From Microthyrium microscopicum (lineage: Eukaryota), in assembly GCA_010405405.1 (NCBI GenBank), contig MU004244.1, positions 251,895 to 315,894 of the forward strand: a stretch of DNA of 64,000 nt. The letters are read 5' to 3'. The notes below the pieces were generated by a model. The model was not told the origin of the DNA. It ran no database searches and worked only from the letters and a program-made list of their open reading frames with translations. Positions 26,901 through 39,400 of this stretch are shown one piece after another; position 1 is the stretch's first letter; the number at the start of each line of letters is the position of its first letter. The translations under genes were made by a program, and so were the position numbers.

Positions 26901-27950
26901 ACCTAGTATATTCCCTCCATAGGAAGAGTCAATACCCATCGTAATCACCGATAAGGAACGAGCAACTAAATCACACGATACTATCATTAAGGCAGCCCTT
27001 AACGACTCTACAATACACATACTCTATACCAACGAAAGCACCATAAAGGGTAAGATTAGCTCTACAGCCTACAGTGCATTAATAACCAAAAAGACCCGTC
27101 TCTATATAAACTGTAACGACATAAGCAATAACTACGCAGCTAAACTATAAGGAATCGTCTCAGCTCTCGCAATAGCTCATACCACTCTTACTACCCACCC
27201 CCTCGTAAGAGACATCACAATCTTCACTAACAGCCAAAGTGCTATAAAAGCAGTCCATAAACTAGGAGCCAAATCTAGTCAGTATCTTATTATAAGAGCA
27301 ATATAGCACTTCAAAGCATTAAAAAGAAAGGACGTAAAAGTCCTCATCTACTAAGTACTAGCCTATACCAATATCAAAGGGAACAAGTTAGTAGACAAAG
27401 CTACTAAAGAAGCTACCATTAAAAAGAACCAAAAGGGTCCAATTACTAACATACCCACGCTACTATCCCTCTATAGGATCAGGATAGCAATATCAACCTT
27501 AACTCTCTAAAGGACTAATTAGGAATAGAAAGAACGCTAGACTAATAGAATCACTAGACAATATCTCTTTAAATTCATTAAAGAATTCTCTACCATAAAA
27601 GGCACCCTCAAGACTCATAAGTTCATAAGCAAACACTCTTCCGCAATACTCGTTCAACTATGCTCTAGAAAGATCGCCCTTAAAGACTATCTCAAGAAGA
27701 TAGGGGCCATAGAAGACAGTATCTACAGTTATAGATAAGAGAATCAAACACCACTCTACCTACTTATTCATTATACTAACTATAATAATCTACGCAAAAG
27801 TATCTAGCCGTAAGGTCAACTAATTAACAAAAAGACACTTCTAATTAAGGCGAAGAAAGCAGAACGCTCTTCCCGCTTCATTCATCAAACAAACGTTCTT
27901 AAGCAATTTATAGACGTTAAGATACAACTATACCTACCCTGTCAGCATTA
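23975..27950 (+). pseudogene. LINE ORF2 (APE endonuclease - RT - RNase H - CCHC) remnant; boundaries approximate
   Basis: Endonuclease: ILQIN, DVITVQEP*, NSNHLPI (SDH). RT: KAIGPDNI, KPGK..KAYQPIALLNTLSK, SIL*GLPISPLLY (GxPQGSPxSP), FINDI at 26047-26061 (FxDD), KYLSI. RNase H: YTNES (YTDGS), IFTNSQSA, *VLAYTNIKGNKLVD (WVPAH..GNE.AD). Many TAA/TAG stops at former CAA/TGG codons. Confidence 0.9.
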
Positions 27951-28590
27951 AGGTAAAGACGAACAATAGTACACATAGTCTCTAATACGTTGTCTACTAT
28001 TACGACATACCTCTCCCTACAACAGCTCAAAAACATAGAACAGAACAATCATTAGATATTATTTAGGCTACTCTCTTTTAACACTACACAATCCTTTAGC
28101 GCTTATTAGTTTATTCATTCGCTTTAGTTCTATACTCGCTTTCGCTCTCACGATTGCAAAAATCACGTTCGTAAATAAGACACTTCTATCCTAATGCAAA
28201 AACTTAATCTAGTCCTCATTAGAACTAATCATAAAGAGGAACTTACGCCTTACCGCCGTTATTATATATAAGAAAGTGCTAGTATACTAAACTATAAGTA
28301 ACTCAACTTCGACGGGAAACGCTACGATTTTAATGTTTATCTTTAATATGTTTTATTATCTTCTTATACAATAGCTAGCTCTTTACACCTAAGAGCTAAT
28401 CAACTAGTCGTAGGGGATAGACCAAGATCAAAACGGACCTGCTAGTGATTTTGGGTGACCTAATCTTCCAGGTGGGAGGATTGGCACCTAGACCTACAGA
28501 AGTAGTTTAACCACTTACTCAGGTGGATTTGGATCTTTAGATATAACCGACATAGCGCCATTTTGAGGCAGCTGCAACGGATTAGGATTT

Positions 28591-28626
28591 AATCAAATCA
28601 AATCAAATCAAATAATTTCAACTAAA
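28591..28626 (+). repeat. LINE 3' tail (AATCA)4 followed by the right TSD (28612-28626)
   Basis: aatcaaatcaaatcaaatca-a-ATAATTTCAACTAAA. Confidence 0.92.
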
Positions 28627-28758
28627 TCCGCTTTGTCCTCGCCTGCAGACGAATCCGTCTAATCGGCAAAGTCTCCCGAACTCCAATCCTAGATATCGCG
28701 CATTGCCACTGCTCTGTTTTGAACACCAATTCAATGCTCTGCTTCCTCTGTGCTCTCT

Positions 28759-29517
28759 TCATGCACCGAACCGTGCTTTTCTCGCCTCCGCTGCCTTCTT
28801 ATCCGATTCGGTCCATCCTCCTGACGATGAGTTTTCGGCAGCTGGCGCTTTTGTGTTCTGTCTGCGTCCATGTCCTCGGCGCATATAAGGTCGACCACCT
28901 CGGCCGCGACGCTTGAAGTTTGGTAGGTTGTCATCTCCCTCTGCGGGGCGTTTTGGTCGACGATCCGGTAGAGCCTCGTTGAGGCCACGGGGAGCTTCTT
29001 CGCCGAACTTTTTAGCACGCTCGAGACGTTTTTGCGCTTCGTCAGCGATTGGATCGGGATTTTCCACAACGCCGAACTTTAGAGCGCGAGCTTTACGCTT
29101 CTCAAGTTCCTCATCTATTGTCGCGGCTTCGAGCCCCATGCTGAAGTCGACTGGTTCTTTGACTTCCTCGGGCTTAGCAGCTTCTGCGCCATCAGCGGGC
29201 TTGTCGCCTTCCGCTGGTATCGAAGTGGCAGGCGCAGCGGGTTCGGCTGCCGCAGGGGCAGGTTGGGAGGGAGCTGGGTTAGAGGCTGGCTGCGCTGACT
29301 CCGATGCAGCTGGTTTGGATGCACCTTCATCATCCCAATCGATTTCGTCTTCCTTTGCTGTGGTGGTAGTGGTAGTTGCAGCAGGAGCGCTTTCGGTCTT
29401 GTTGTCATCATCTTGAAGTCGCGAAACCATCTCGGCTTTCTTGCCCGTGTGAGAAAGACCGCGTTGCTTCAATAGAGCTTGAAGCTCATCATTTTTCATC
29501 TTCATATAGTCAACCAT
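28759..29517 (-). CDS. SAP-domain ribonucleoprotein, Tho1/Mlo1/SARNP-like, 252 aa
   Basis: N-terminal SAP domain (YMKMKNDELQALLKQRGLSHTGKKAEMVSRL), EDEIDWDD, and three repeated helical motifs KRKARALKFG, KRLERAKKFG, EARKARFG. Confidence 0.9.
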   Translation of the reverse strand: MVDYMKMKNDELQALLKQRGLSHTGKKAEMVSRLQDDDNKTESAPAATTTTTTAKEDEIDWDDEGASKPAASESAQPASNPAPSQPAPAAAEPAAPATSIPAEGDKPADGAEAAKPEEVKEPVDFSMGLEAATIDEELEKRKARALKFGVVENPDPIADEAQKRLERAKKFGEEAPRGLNEALPDRRPKRPAEGDDNLPNFKRRGRGGRPYMRRGHGRRQNTKAPAAENSSSGGWTESDKKAAEARKARFGA

Positions 29518-32500
29518 GGTGATGGAGTATGCGGTATTGATCTGTGTAATCGAGAAAGGCGCAGTGCGCAAAGGCGAGAAGAGGCGGGAAATTGAGATTG
29601 GTGATGATGCTGAAGCTGTTTACGTCGTCGGCGAAGTCCCCCTCTGCCCAGAGTTGAAGAATTTGATGAAGTTGTGAGTGTTGGAGTAGGTGGAGAAGAA
29701 GTAAATGCACAAGTACCATCGACGAAAGAACCTAAAAGCATGAGGCAGGAACGCGACGCGCGAATCAGGGTCCGTGCCAATGCTTGTATCACGTGCGCAT
29801 CTCGCAATATCAACTTCCTTCCTATTTAGGCAATGAATATAGCCTTCTTGGCGCAAACACTCACGCTGTAAAGGATCGTACAAATGTTACCTGTTTGATG
29901 TTACATAATGAACAGTATGAAGTCATCATGTTAGGCCTTTGATATCTATTGCATGGCCGTACGTCACATTTCTACTTCGAAGACTCAATTTCCGCTGCCG
30001 AGATGAGATTACAGAATGAGTATTGACAGAACGAATACTCCCTGGTGATACTGATAAAGCTTAGCCTAGTAAGATGATGACTGACTTGAGTCGAGATTTG
30101 GGCTGCAGTGTGGACGGATGAAGCCGTTATGCGCAATTTGTATACCAAGTGTTGCAATGCACACTGTAAGTTTGTTCATGGCCAATGCATTAGTATCTTC
30201 CTATAGATGAAAGGAACGACAATTGCACCAGTCTGCTGAAGAGGTGCGTGTACCTCTAAGTAAGTTATCTTATTTACCTCTCACTACCACGCAAATATCC
30301 TCTTTAGTCATAAGCGAAGGCCTCAAATCGTGTCCATCACAAATAGCTGGGGCATGCGTTCTAAAGTTGTGTAATGAGTTGAGCGTATGATTTGCTAATT
30401 CCCGGTTGTTTTCGAAACTCTCAACCACGTTGAGCAGTGAACAGCTTACGAAGCAGGCAAATGCTAAATGCTCCTTGCAAGCCATAGTGTAACGATACAC
30501 TTTCCACGGACTGTGGCAACACATACGAGATTCTTCACAAGGCGTTTTGCATCATTTTATTTTCACCAATCCGAAGTCTATCAGTAAATTTTCTTTGATA
30601 ATCTCCACCTTCAGAGTTCGCCCAGGTTTTCTTCCAGAAAAACTTGAATACCGTGACATAAAAAGAGTATGACTAAAAAGCCACTCATTTCCGAGCCGCT
30701 TTGGATGAGATAACTGTAGCTCAAAGTTACTGCGACGTAAATCGATTTGTTCATGAATGAGAACTTGTCTAGGAGTCATTTCGAGTAGCATCTGAAGGTG
30801 AGCACTCTGAATGCTCAAACTTTCATGTAACAAGCCGCTGCTTGTTGATACTCGGGGAAATGGCCATAGAGAAGAAGTGCATTAGGCTACCAAGCCTCCG
30901 GTATCAGGCAGTGAGTACATACATTTCGACGTTACCCTGTAAAGTATTTCTCCTCACAAAAGCAAGATACATCGCAGTGAACAGGCATGACTTGCTCGTC
31001 AATGCTGCAAGGCCCATCACTGCTAGGCATCACGCATCTAAGCGAAGAATTTATGGACACGATTTCAAAAAGCAGACGATCATTACATTGCTAATCGCAA
31101 GGCCATTGCTACTGCCATGCAGGATCTTGCAGAGCAGCACAGGAGCCTGGTATCTGGTTAACAAGGGCTTCCTCACCCTTCGCTCTATTCTAGAAACCTA
31201 ACAGTCAAACCCAGCGGACTGGTTCAGCTGCCATATTTGATCGACACCAGGCCAAAGGACCGATATGAAGGCAGACTCGGATGCACTGGCATGACAATGG
31301 AACAATCTGCCAACTTTACAGGGAGGCCTGTTGTCGTTGTTGGAAAGATGACCAGGTAGAACGACCTATATCCAAAGGGCTGGGACTCTATATCAGGATA
31401 GAGACTGGGGACAGAAGCTGAGTATGGATCAATATGCTTTGGATATGTTATGGACCTGAGATGGTGCCTTCGGAGCCATAGTCAATCATTCCCGAATCAG
31501 CTTGGCATCAATATCACATTTGCCATGTCTCTGCCGTACACCAAGTGTCTGAGACATTGGCGGCCAAAGCCTCTCTACCCGCTCAAATACTCCGCCTAGA
31601 GTGCCAGTATGCATGCAGCAAAGACTTTGTAGCAAACTTTTGGTCATTGCCCTGGAAGTCCCGAGAAGTTGGAAGCAGCAATAGTTGACTCCCGATCCAA
31701 CTTTGTTCCCTGTAGACAAGGGAATATGCATTGTAGTCACTGTGATAATGCAGTCGGCAATAGCAACCCGCGCGGAGGATATCGGCAGGCTAGAATCGGT
31801 CGGAACAGTATATTTTCGACCAGGGTTTCAGCATACTGCTGGGGTCTTTGCTGGGGTCAACTCAGTGTTGATCCACATCAATGCACAGATGGCAATCGGC
31901 TAATTTACCAGGGTCGATATCTTTCGGGAGCGCATTTTGCTTTTATCGAACATTATGGACTAGTTGATCATCTCCAAAAGGTCAAATGGGGTAAGGAAAG
32001 AAAGCAACGACCAAGGCTAGGTCGCATTTCGAATTGGTGGCTTATCAAGGTTTCACTTTGGGTGGAACTGATATCGTAAAAACAGTCATGTCTTGAACAT
32101 ATCGCGGTCGCGCCAAGGCTGTCGAGACACCAAAAGGATTGGAATTATGCCCTCCATGAATAGAATGGCACTGAGCAGGTCGCCCGTTGAATGGTGAGTG
32201 TACATCCAACCACAGACTTATATTTGAAGCCCAGTAGCTTGTGTCGCTGACCGAACCGAGCAACGAGGTTTTGCGGGGCAGAGTATACCTACGGTATCGG
32301 ATGAGAGGCTGACAAGAGGCCGCAGTACACCTCAACGCGGATGCATACATTCAGCATGGTAATATGGAGAAACGACGATGTGAGGTCCTACCATAGCCAT
32401 CCTCCCACGGTTGGCTCCCACGAACGTGGAGAAGAAATGAAACCACAGTGTCGGGAACAATGCTCGATCAACCCTGGCCAGAGCACAAAAAGGCTCGCTG

Positions 32501-34111
32501 CAGGAAACGGCCAGGAGAGCCTTGCATGAAGAGATCCAGTGGCAGGGAAGAATCTACGCCTTGCGATCAGATTGGCCGGCAAGACACCCATCCAAAGCAC
32601 ATGACTGTAAGCTCATGCGAGATGGTCAACCAATTGAATATCGAAAGGAGCTCTCAGCCCACCATTCTGTAGCCGCCGTTTTTCGGCACGCGCCTTTGAA
32701 AGTCCTGAAAGCCACGGGCCGCAGAAAGCGTATTGAGGGAAGCGGCTGCGGCGCGGAATGCTAAAATATCAATCTGACACCAAATAATGATCACAACAGT
32801 GAACCTCGGGCAGAATTAAGAAGAGACGGCACAGGATGGAGGAGTGAAGTGCGAATTGACGTTGGATCATCGCGGGAGTGGCTGTGCGAGGCGAATCCTG
32901 CCAACGCGGAAGGGAACGGGCTGACCGACGCTTAGGAAGATCTTGATGTGCAGGAAACCATCTCCTCATTATTCGCCCAGGCAAGTCCAAGCACTGTTTG
33001 GAGCAACTGGTATTCTGCTGTTTCACTTCTGCAACCTGCGAAGAAACCAGCAGTGCAGTGCAGTAGTTTTGCTGATGCATCTGTCAAAGCACGACTGTCG
33101 GTAAACGCAGGGCTTCTACATGCCTCCTTATCCAAGAATTGATCTAGGACAATTTACGTGGTCTCGCGATCAGAAGTGAAAAGTCAACAGCAAAAGACCG
33201 CGCAATAATGAAGCCGCCCTGGCCTACTCTATTGCAAATCCTTCTTGAAGATGCGGGAGAACAGGCCGAATTCGGATTGATAATCGAGTTGTAGTGTTTA
33301 GCAAAAGCCAACGCACCAACCGGAAGCAAAGGCGACGCGCTCAACATGCATTATCCAAGAGCGGAGTTGTCGAGCCTCCCAAGTTCCGCGATCTACTCTA
33401 ATCATCTAAGGTCTTTTTGGCCTCAAGTGGTTCTTACGCTGTATCTTAAGCTTCTGGGTTGATGATACTAACCACCACCAAGTACGCTGTTGAGGATGCT
33501 ACTGGGCTTTCAGGAGGTCAGGACACGCAGCCGCTGCGTATGCTTTGGCAAAGCCCTCATACGTGCGCAGACATCTTGATGTCAAATGGGAGTGTGGTTC
33601 AAGAAGGAGATGCGCAAAATAATAATAATCCTTGACTTGCACAGTTGTATTCGGGCCGTGAACCTGCGGACTTCCGTTCAAGAGAGTATCAGACTATCAG
33701 TGCCGCCCCTGTCACAAAGCATCAAAACAGCGCAAGGGACCAAGGGTTCAGAACCTCCTCTTCCGCCTTCTGCCATGAACCGAGCTCTGGCTGTGGATAT
33801 CTTTGCAACGAACGGGCTGATGTGCGGAGCTATTATCACCAACATTGCGACGACTGCCTATTCGGGCGATGTGCAGATGAAAGCTGCGAGAATGCCTCCC
33901 TTCACATCCACCCGAGTTCTTGGAGCGCAAAGTCCAATCAAGCTAGTTATCACACATGGCTCACTCCAGACTTTGCTCTCCAAATGATTGATGTTGTTGC
34001 CATGTCGCGGGCGCCAGTTTGTGCCTCTACAGGAAATTGGTGATTGGCACGATTCAATCTACCTACTCCGCAGAGTAGCATCGATAGTAAAAAGGCAGGA
34101 ATTGTTGAATT

Positions 34112-34141
34112 TTGAGCTTGAGCTTGAGCTTGAGATTGAGA
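34112..34141. repeat. Short (TTGAGC/TTGAGA)5 tandem repeat, intergenic
   Basis: ttgagc x3 followed by ttgaga x2. Confidence 0.8.
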
Positions 34142-36433
34142 GCCTTACTCCGTACGGTCGTATTTTTTCAGTATGATTGTGGCAAAGCAGGGTATTAATT
34201 TTCTCTTGTTCAATCGTTCCTTCAAGCTTTGAATTTGGTCCAGCCGCTTTACCAAGTGGGAGTGTGCAAGGCAAGTTTACTGACCCCAGGCTCCATGGTG
34301 CAGATAGCGATGCCCAATGAAGGCGTGATGCGGCCTTTGCACACTGTCAGTGGTTCTCTCTGCCAAATGCTGAACTCTCCCCCAAACCTGTTGCCCAATG
34401 CCTGTTGCCTTTTTGCGCCCAGCTGCTGTTGCATATTATTGCTCACTCTCATTTCATACCTTGCCTTGCCCATGATCGCCATCTTTAGCCTATCGATTTC
34501 ACCATGCCCGCCGGCGCAAATCGACCTCTAGCAGTTTAAGCCTACTCTAGAGTACATCCCGCCATGGCCCATGCATGAGCTTTGGTCCTTGCAGTCTTTT
34601 TGGCCCTTGGACCATCTTTTTATGTCTCCTTCTCAAGTGCGCCTCTAATTCTGTAACTGTCAACAACCAGCGCCTGACGGATGCGCTATCTGGCTCCCGC
34701 TCAGCCTTGGACTTTAGCTGGCTTTGCACCAAAACTAAACCTCTTTAAATCTTTGACTAGACAATATTATTGTCCGCCCGCATTGATGGTGTTCTCTCCT
34801 GTCTGTCAGATGGGGACGCACGGCACAGACAAGTTCCCATCATAGCTCCAATGTCCATGATCCATCTCTGGCACTCTACCTTTAAAGACTGCATCCTTCC
34901 ACACTCTCCTCGATTCTTTCGATTGAGACCCTTGGCTTCCCATGTCCAAGAATTGTCACTACTAACTTGGATAAATTCAAAGAGGGTAAACCAGTTGAAT
35001 GGTACTGAATGTGGTCGGAACCACAATTGTCACCACTCCTTCACCACGATAGCCGACTACCTCACCATCAAGATCCTAACAATATTATCTCAGCATCACA
35101 GCATCACAGCATTACAGGAACCAGCTTTTGCCTTCTTCTAAACTCCAGCAAATCCATTAACGGATTGACACGTCTTTGATCGGCTCATTTATTGCGTAAG
35201 TGCAAGGCTTTTATTATTTTCGTGCATTTCGTTGTGCTTCCTTATATCCCCAAGGTTACTCTACTATGCCCAACCCCTTGTACTCTTCCCAGGCCAGGTT
35301 TGCGGACGGTCACGCCGACGAAAGAACAGCAAGTGTGGCGAAGTCTCAAGTTGCCAAACACCAAACCCAAGCCAAAAGTCTTCTGGAGCACAAGGCACGC
35401 CTCACCGATCTGCATCATTTTCTGCAGGTTTTCTGCAGTTTGTGCATGGAGGAGTGGCTGTGCCAGCATTTGCAGTGTTCTGAGTGGCCCGCCAACGATA
35501 CTTCACACGTCGAACCAGAGGCACCGCTTGCTTCTCCCCAGGCCTACAGGTATTACTGCTACTGGCTTGCGGTCGTCAACTTGCCTCAGCATGGACTGGC
35601 CAAATTTCGCTCGCAGTCACCGCTCTCAATGGCAGGACTTGGCCGTGGACGTTCAAACTAGCCATGCGTGCCATGTTCAACAACTCTGAGTTGGCAAGCG
35701 TTGATCCAAAGAAACTGCAAAACAGACAACGAAATCTTGCCGCAACTAGGTAGCGGGAACACTGTGGCAGAGTACTCTAGAGTATTTACTACACTCAACT
35801 CCCGCCACTTGAGAGAGCTGCTGACTCCAACTAATACCAACTTCTCGACTTTACTCCCAACCTCCAACCTCTCTCTCCAAGACTCTAGCTGGTCCTAGAC
35901 TTTGACCGCAATAATACCCACTGGCAACTACCTGAACAATTTCCTAAAGGTCCGGATTCTCAAAGCTTCTCATTCAGCTACTGCCTTCTCTTCTCCGCCT
36001 TTTGATCACTCCCCCAGTCAGCCAACCACACCTTGCATATTCTAACCGCTGACCCCCCACTCTGGTATTCATACTTGGCATATAATCACTTTGTTCGCCT
36101 ACCTATCTAATGTTTTTAAATATCAGTATTCGATCAACATACTAACTGTTTTACCCACAGTGCTGTCTCGACCTATCTTCGCCGAGTCTACAACAGCCAT
36201 AGTACTCTTTCAGCGTACTGATTATTGGCAATAATCAAGGCCGCGCAATTGAATTCTCGAGCATCAAACACTATTATTCGCCACAACTTTTGTACTATCA
36301 ATAATTCTCTCCGAGGATCATAATGCTGGACAAGAGATGAATTCATAACCAGTACTATTTTGACTCATTTCTACTTGCCATTTCATGTCCTCTTATAAGA
36401 GACTTTGTTGGAATTCGTGGACTCCTTCCCGGA

Positions 36434-39400
36434 ATGGCATCTCAAATCCCAGGACCAGGATTTGTTACCGGCCCTTCAAGGCTCGGACAACAATCGCAAC
36501 GGTCAATATCCAGCAGTCGGCTGCCGTCGAGGAAACCAGTTCCTGACCCGAAAATACCAAAGCCGACACTTCTTACCAAGCGCAAGCCGGTCTCGAAGGA
36601 ACCGCAAAAGTCTTCGGTACCTAGAACTGCACCAACCAAGCGCGAGCCTCCAGCTCCTCGGCCTGTTATCGGTAATGGAAGAGGCTTTGTAGGTACGAGT
36701 ATGCCTCCACCTTCATCATTCAGACAAGATTTCCATGACTCAGACGGAAACATGCAACCACCAATAAAGGTTGCCCTTTTTGAGCCAGCACGAACTCCAT
36801 CCTTGGTTTCTGGATCTTCCGCCGCATCAACAGCAGACAGCCCTAGATCTAATATCATAAAGAGGAAAGATATATTTGCAAGAGGCGCACGGAATTCTCC
36901 AGATTCAACCTCTTCCGAAGAGCGCAGACGACTAGAAGCCGCGCAAGATGAAGATATGTATGCGGATGCTGTGTTTGGTATTTCACTCCCGCCAACGCAA
37001 TCGCTTTTGGCAGCGAAATCTCCAGACGATGCCATAATCAATCTGGATCGTTTCATTACACAGCCTCCTCTTATCACGCATGATTTGCCGCCATCTGCCT
37101 CTCAATACACGCTTTCCGCATCGCCTTCAACACATTATTCACCTGGCCCCTTTTCCATATCATCTACCCCGACTTCAGCTAGTTGCTATTCTCCAGGGGT
37201 TATTTCTACTGGACCAAGACCATCTTTGAATATTCCCAGAGAAGATAGCTACTCCAGTGTGAGACCCACAAGCTCTAGGAAAGTAACCAACGAAAGCTTT
37301 GCGAGCACCAAAGAATCCAGTACTCTTGCACCAGTGAGACAAAGCTCATCCTCTTCCGGGTCCACTGTTCGAGCTGGGGAAGATGGAGGCAAGCTGCGCT
37401 CTCCAGAACGCAATCAAACTACTTCACCAAGGAATCGTTTAATCCGACCCAAGCCTCGTCTGACAGCGCCCACAGAATCTCAGACTGGCAGGAGGAGCCC
37501 TACGAGACACCCAAAAGTTTTACCAACGAGACCACCGGAGTTTGCGCATCTCGAAAAAGCATCCCCGGTAAAGCGAGTTCTTACACAGCGGCCGCAGCGA
37601 CCCAGCAGAGATGGGACCCCGGAGATCAATTTCAAAGAGGCATCGCCTGTGATTCAAAGCAATCTGATGAGCCTACCGTCAAGCTTCCACAGAAGACAAG
37701 ACTCGGCCGAATCGCGGAAGGGGTCCATCGGAAGTGGTTCTTCTGCAGAAGTCAAGAGCCGATTTGGTATTCCTCGGAAACCACCTTCCCGCAATCCGTC
37801 TCCAAGTCCCGTCAGCCCTGCGATGGTCCAGCCTATAGCGAGAGCAGCGACTCCTGAACTCACTAGCGAGAACGAAAAGCAGCACAAAACCAAGGCTTCT
37901 CCTAACCCGGAGAGATCGCAGTCACGCTTTGGTTTTTTCAAACGCAGCAAAACCGAGCCGCCACCTCCGGCTGCTCCCAAGGACAAGCGCTTACGGAAAG
38001 GACCTGTAGCTGGAACTGGCCATGAAGGTTACGGCAAGTTCGGGACTCGAGGGCGAAGCGGGAGTACAACAAGTGGCAACACGAGCGTTGGACGTTCTTC
38101 GAGTGCTGACAGTGGGCCTCGCAACGTTACACAGCCTTCAAGTCGGAAAAACAGTGTTGGCAGCACAGGCTCGGACGTTGACGACTTTCTAGCTGAACGC
38201 ATCAATCCTATTACTTTGCGTGGTACAGGCTCGGTCAGTCATGGCGATCGAAAAGTCTCAGGCAATCCCGATCAACGAACTGATCGTGCCAATGCTGTAA
38301 ATTCTTCCACCGTCAATCCAGCACGACCGTCCGCCATCGATAAGGCTACGGGTTCGAGACCACTTTTACCCTCGCCAAATATTGATTCTGTATCGGAGTC
38401 AGTTGATTCTGGAGAGTCCACTAGAAATGGTAGCGCTAGTACCTTGGAACAGAAGGACCATCGCTTTGGTCTTTCTCGTCTTGCATCTAAGCGGGCTTCT
38501 AGACATTCGATGGTTGAGACGAAACCAGCTACCGAACTTCAAGAGCAGCTGTTCTCAAACTATCACTTTCCGACCCATCCAGTGATCGACCCACTGGACA
38601 GAAAATTGTCCGAATTTTCAGCACCAGTCAGGATGCTTTCCACTTCTAGCGCTGCGCTGGGTCCTAATCGCGCAGATACCCAACCCAAAGTTGCTGCGAA
38701 ATCAACCAGAAAATGGAATTTTCTGTGGGCCAACAAAGCGGCGACCAAGAAAGATGAGACGGCCATGGATACTGCCGGCTTCTCGGGCCACAAGTCCGCG
38801 GCGCCTAGAATGGTACCTCACTATGCTATTGGCGATACTCCGGACAACATTGATGACTTTGATCTGGAAAAGATCATGCAAGAGGCTGAAGATATTAATG
38901 AGAGGAGTCCTATCAATCTAGATGACGTAGAAGACTCTCAGCTGGTTCCTAGACATGGAAACTCTATTCTCTTACCAGAACCACCGCCATTTATTCCAGA
39001 GTTTGCACTTCATACGAGGTCCGAATCACCCAGAGTTGCTCTTCAAACCCCTGTCGTTGAGCTGGAGCGCGATTTTCCAGAGCCAGCCCTTCCTCAAGTG
39101 ACCATGGAATCACCACCATTACATGCGGAGGTTCCAAACAGCCGGCCAAGTCGACTTCCCCAAGTAGGACGGATCCCTCGAGTCGTGTCGAAGAGAGAAC
39201 GGCAGAAGAAGCCATCGATATCGTCTTTCTCAAGGCCATTTGATTCTACTCAACCCTCCCCGGCCATTCAATCGCCTCGCTTGGAGGATGACTCAATGGA
39301 TGGAGATACTTTTAACAACGCGCATTTCACTCCCGCCGACTTTCAATACTCAAGGCCTCTTTTGCCAACTACCATGTTATATACGGCTTCTCCCGAAAGC

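Larger units (their letters stand above)
21830..28611 (+). mobile_element. Full-length Tad1-like non-LTR retrotransposon (LINE), inactivated by RIP
   Basis: Abrupt shift to AT/TpA-rich, G-poor sequence; degenerate gag zinc knuckles, APE endonuclease, RT, RNase H and C-terminal CCHC in the expected order; (AATCA)n tail; 15-bp TSD. Confidence 0.95.

Noticed and set aside
22584..27020. Minus-strand hydrophobic ORFs inside the LINE (e.g. 23198-23812, 24792-25067)
   Set aside because: Antisense artefacts of the A/C-rich RIP-mutated element.
30071..30240. ATGATGA followed by CTGA boxes as a possible second snoRNA
   Set aside because: No terminal stem, intron context or guide sequence; the boxes are short enough to occur by chance.
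29900..34900. Many 60-136-aa ORFs in the long intergenic gap
   Set aside because: No recognisable domains, no consistent exon chain, and most use non-ATG starts; treated as non-coding, though a divergent gene cannot be excluded.
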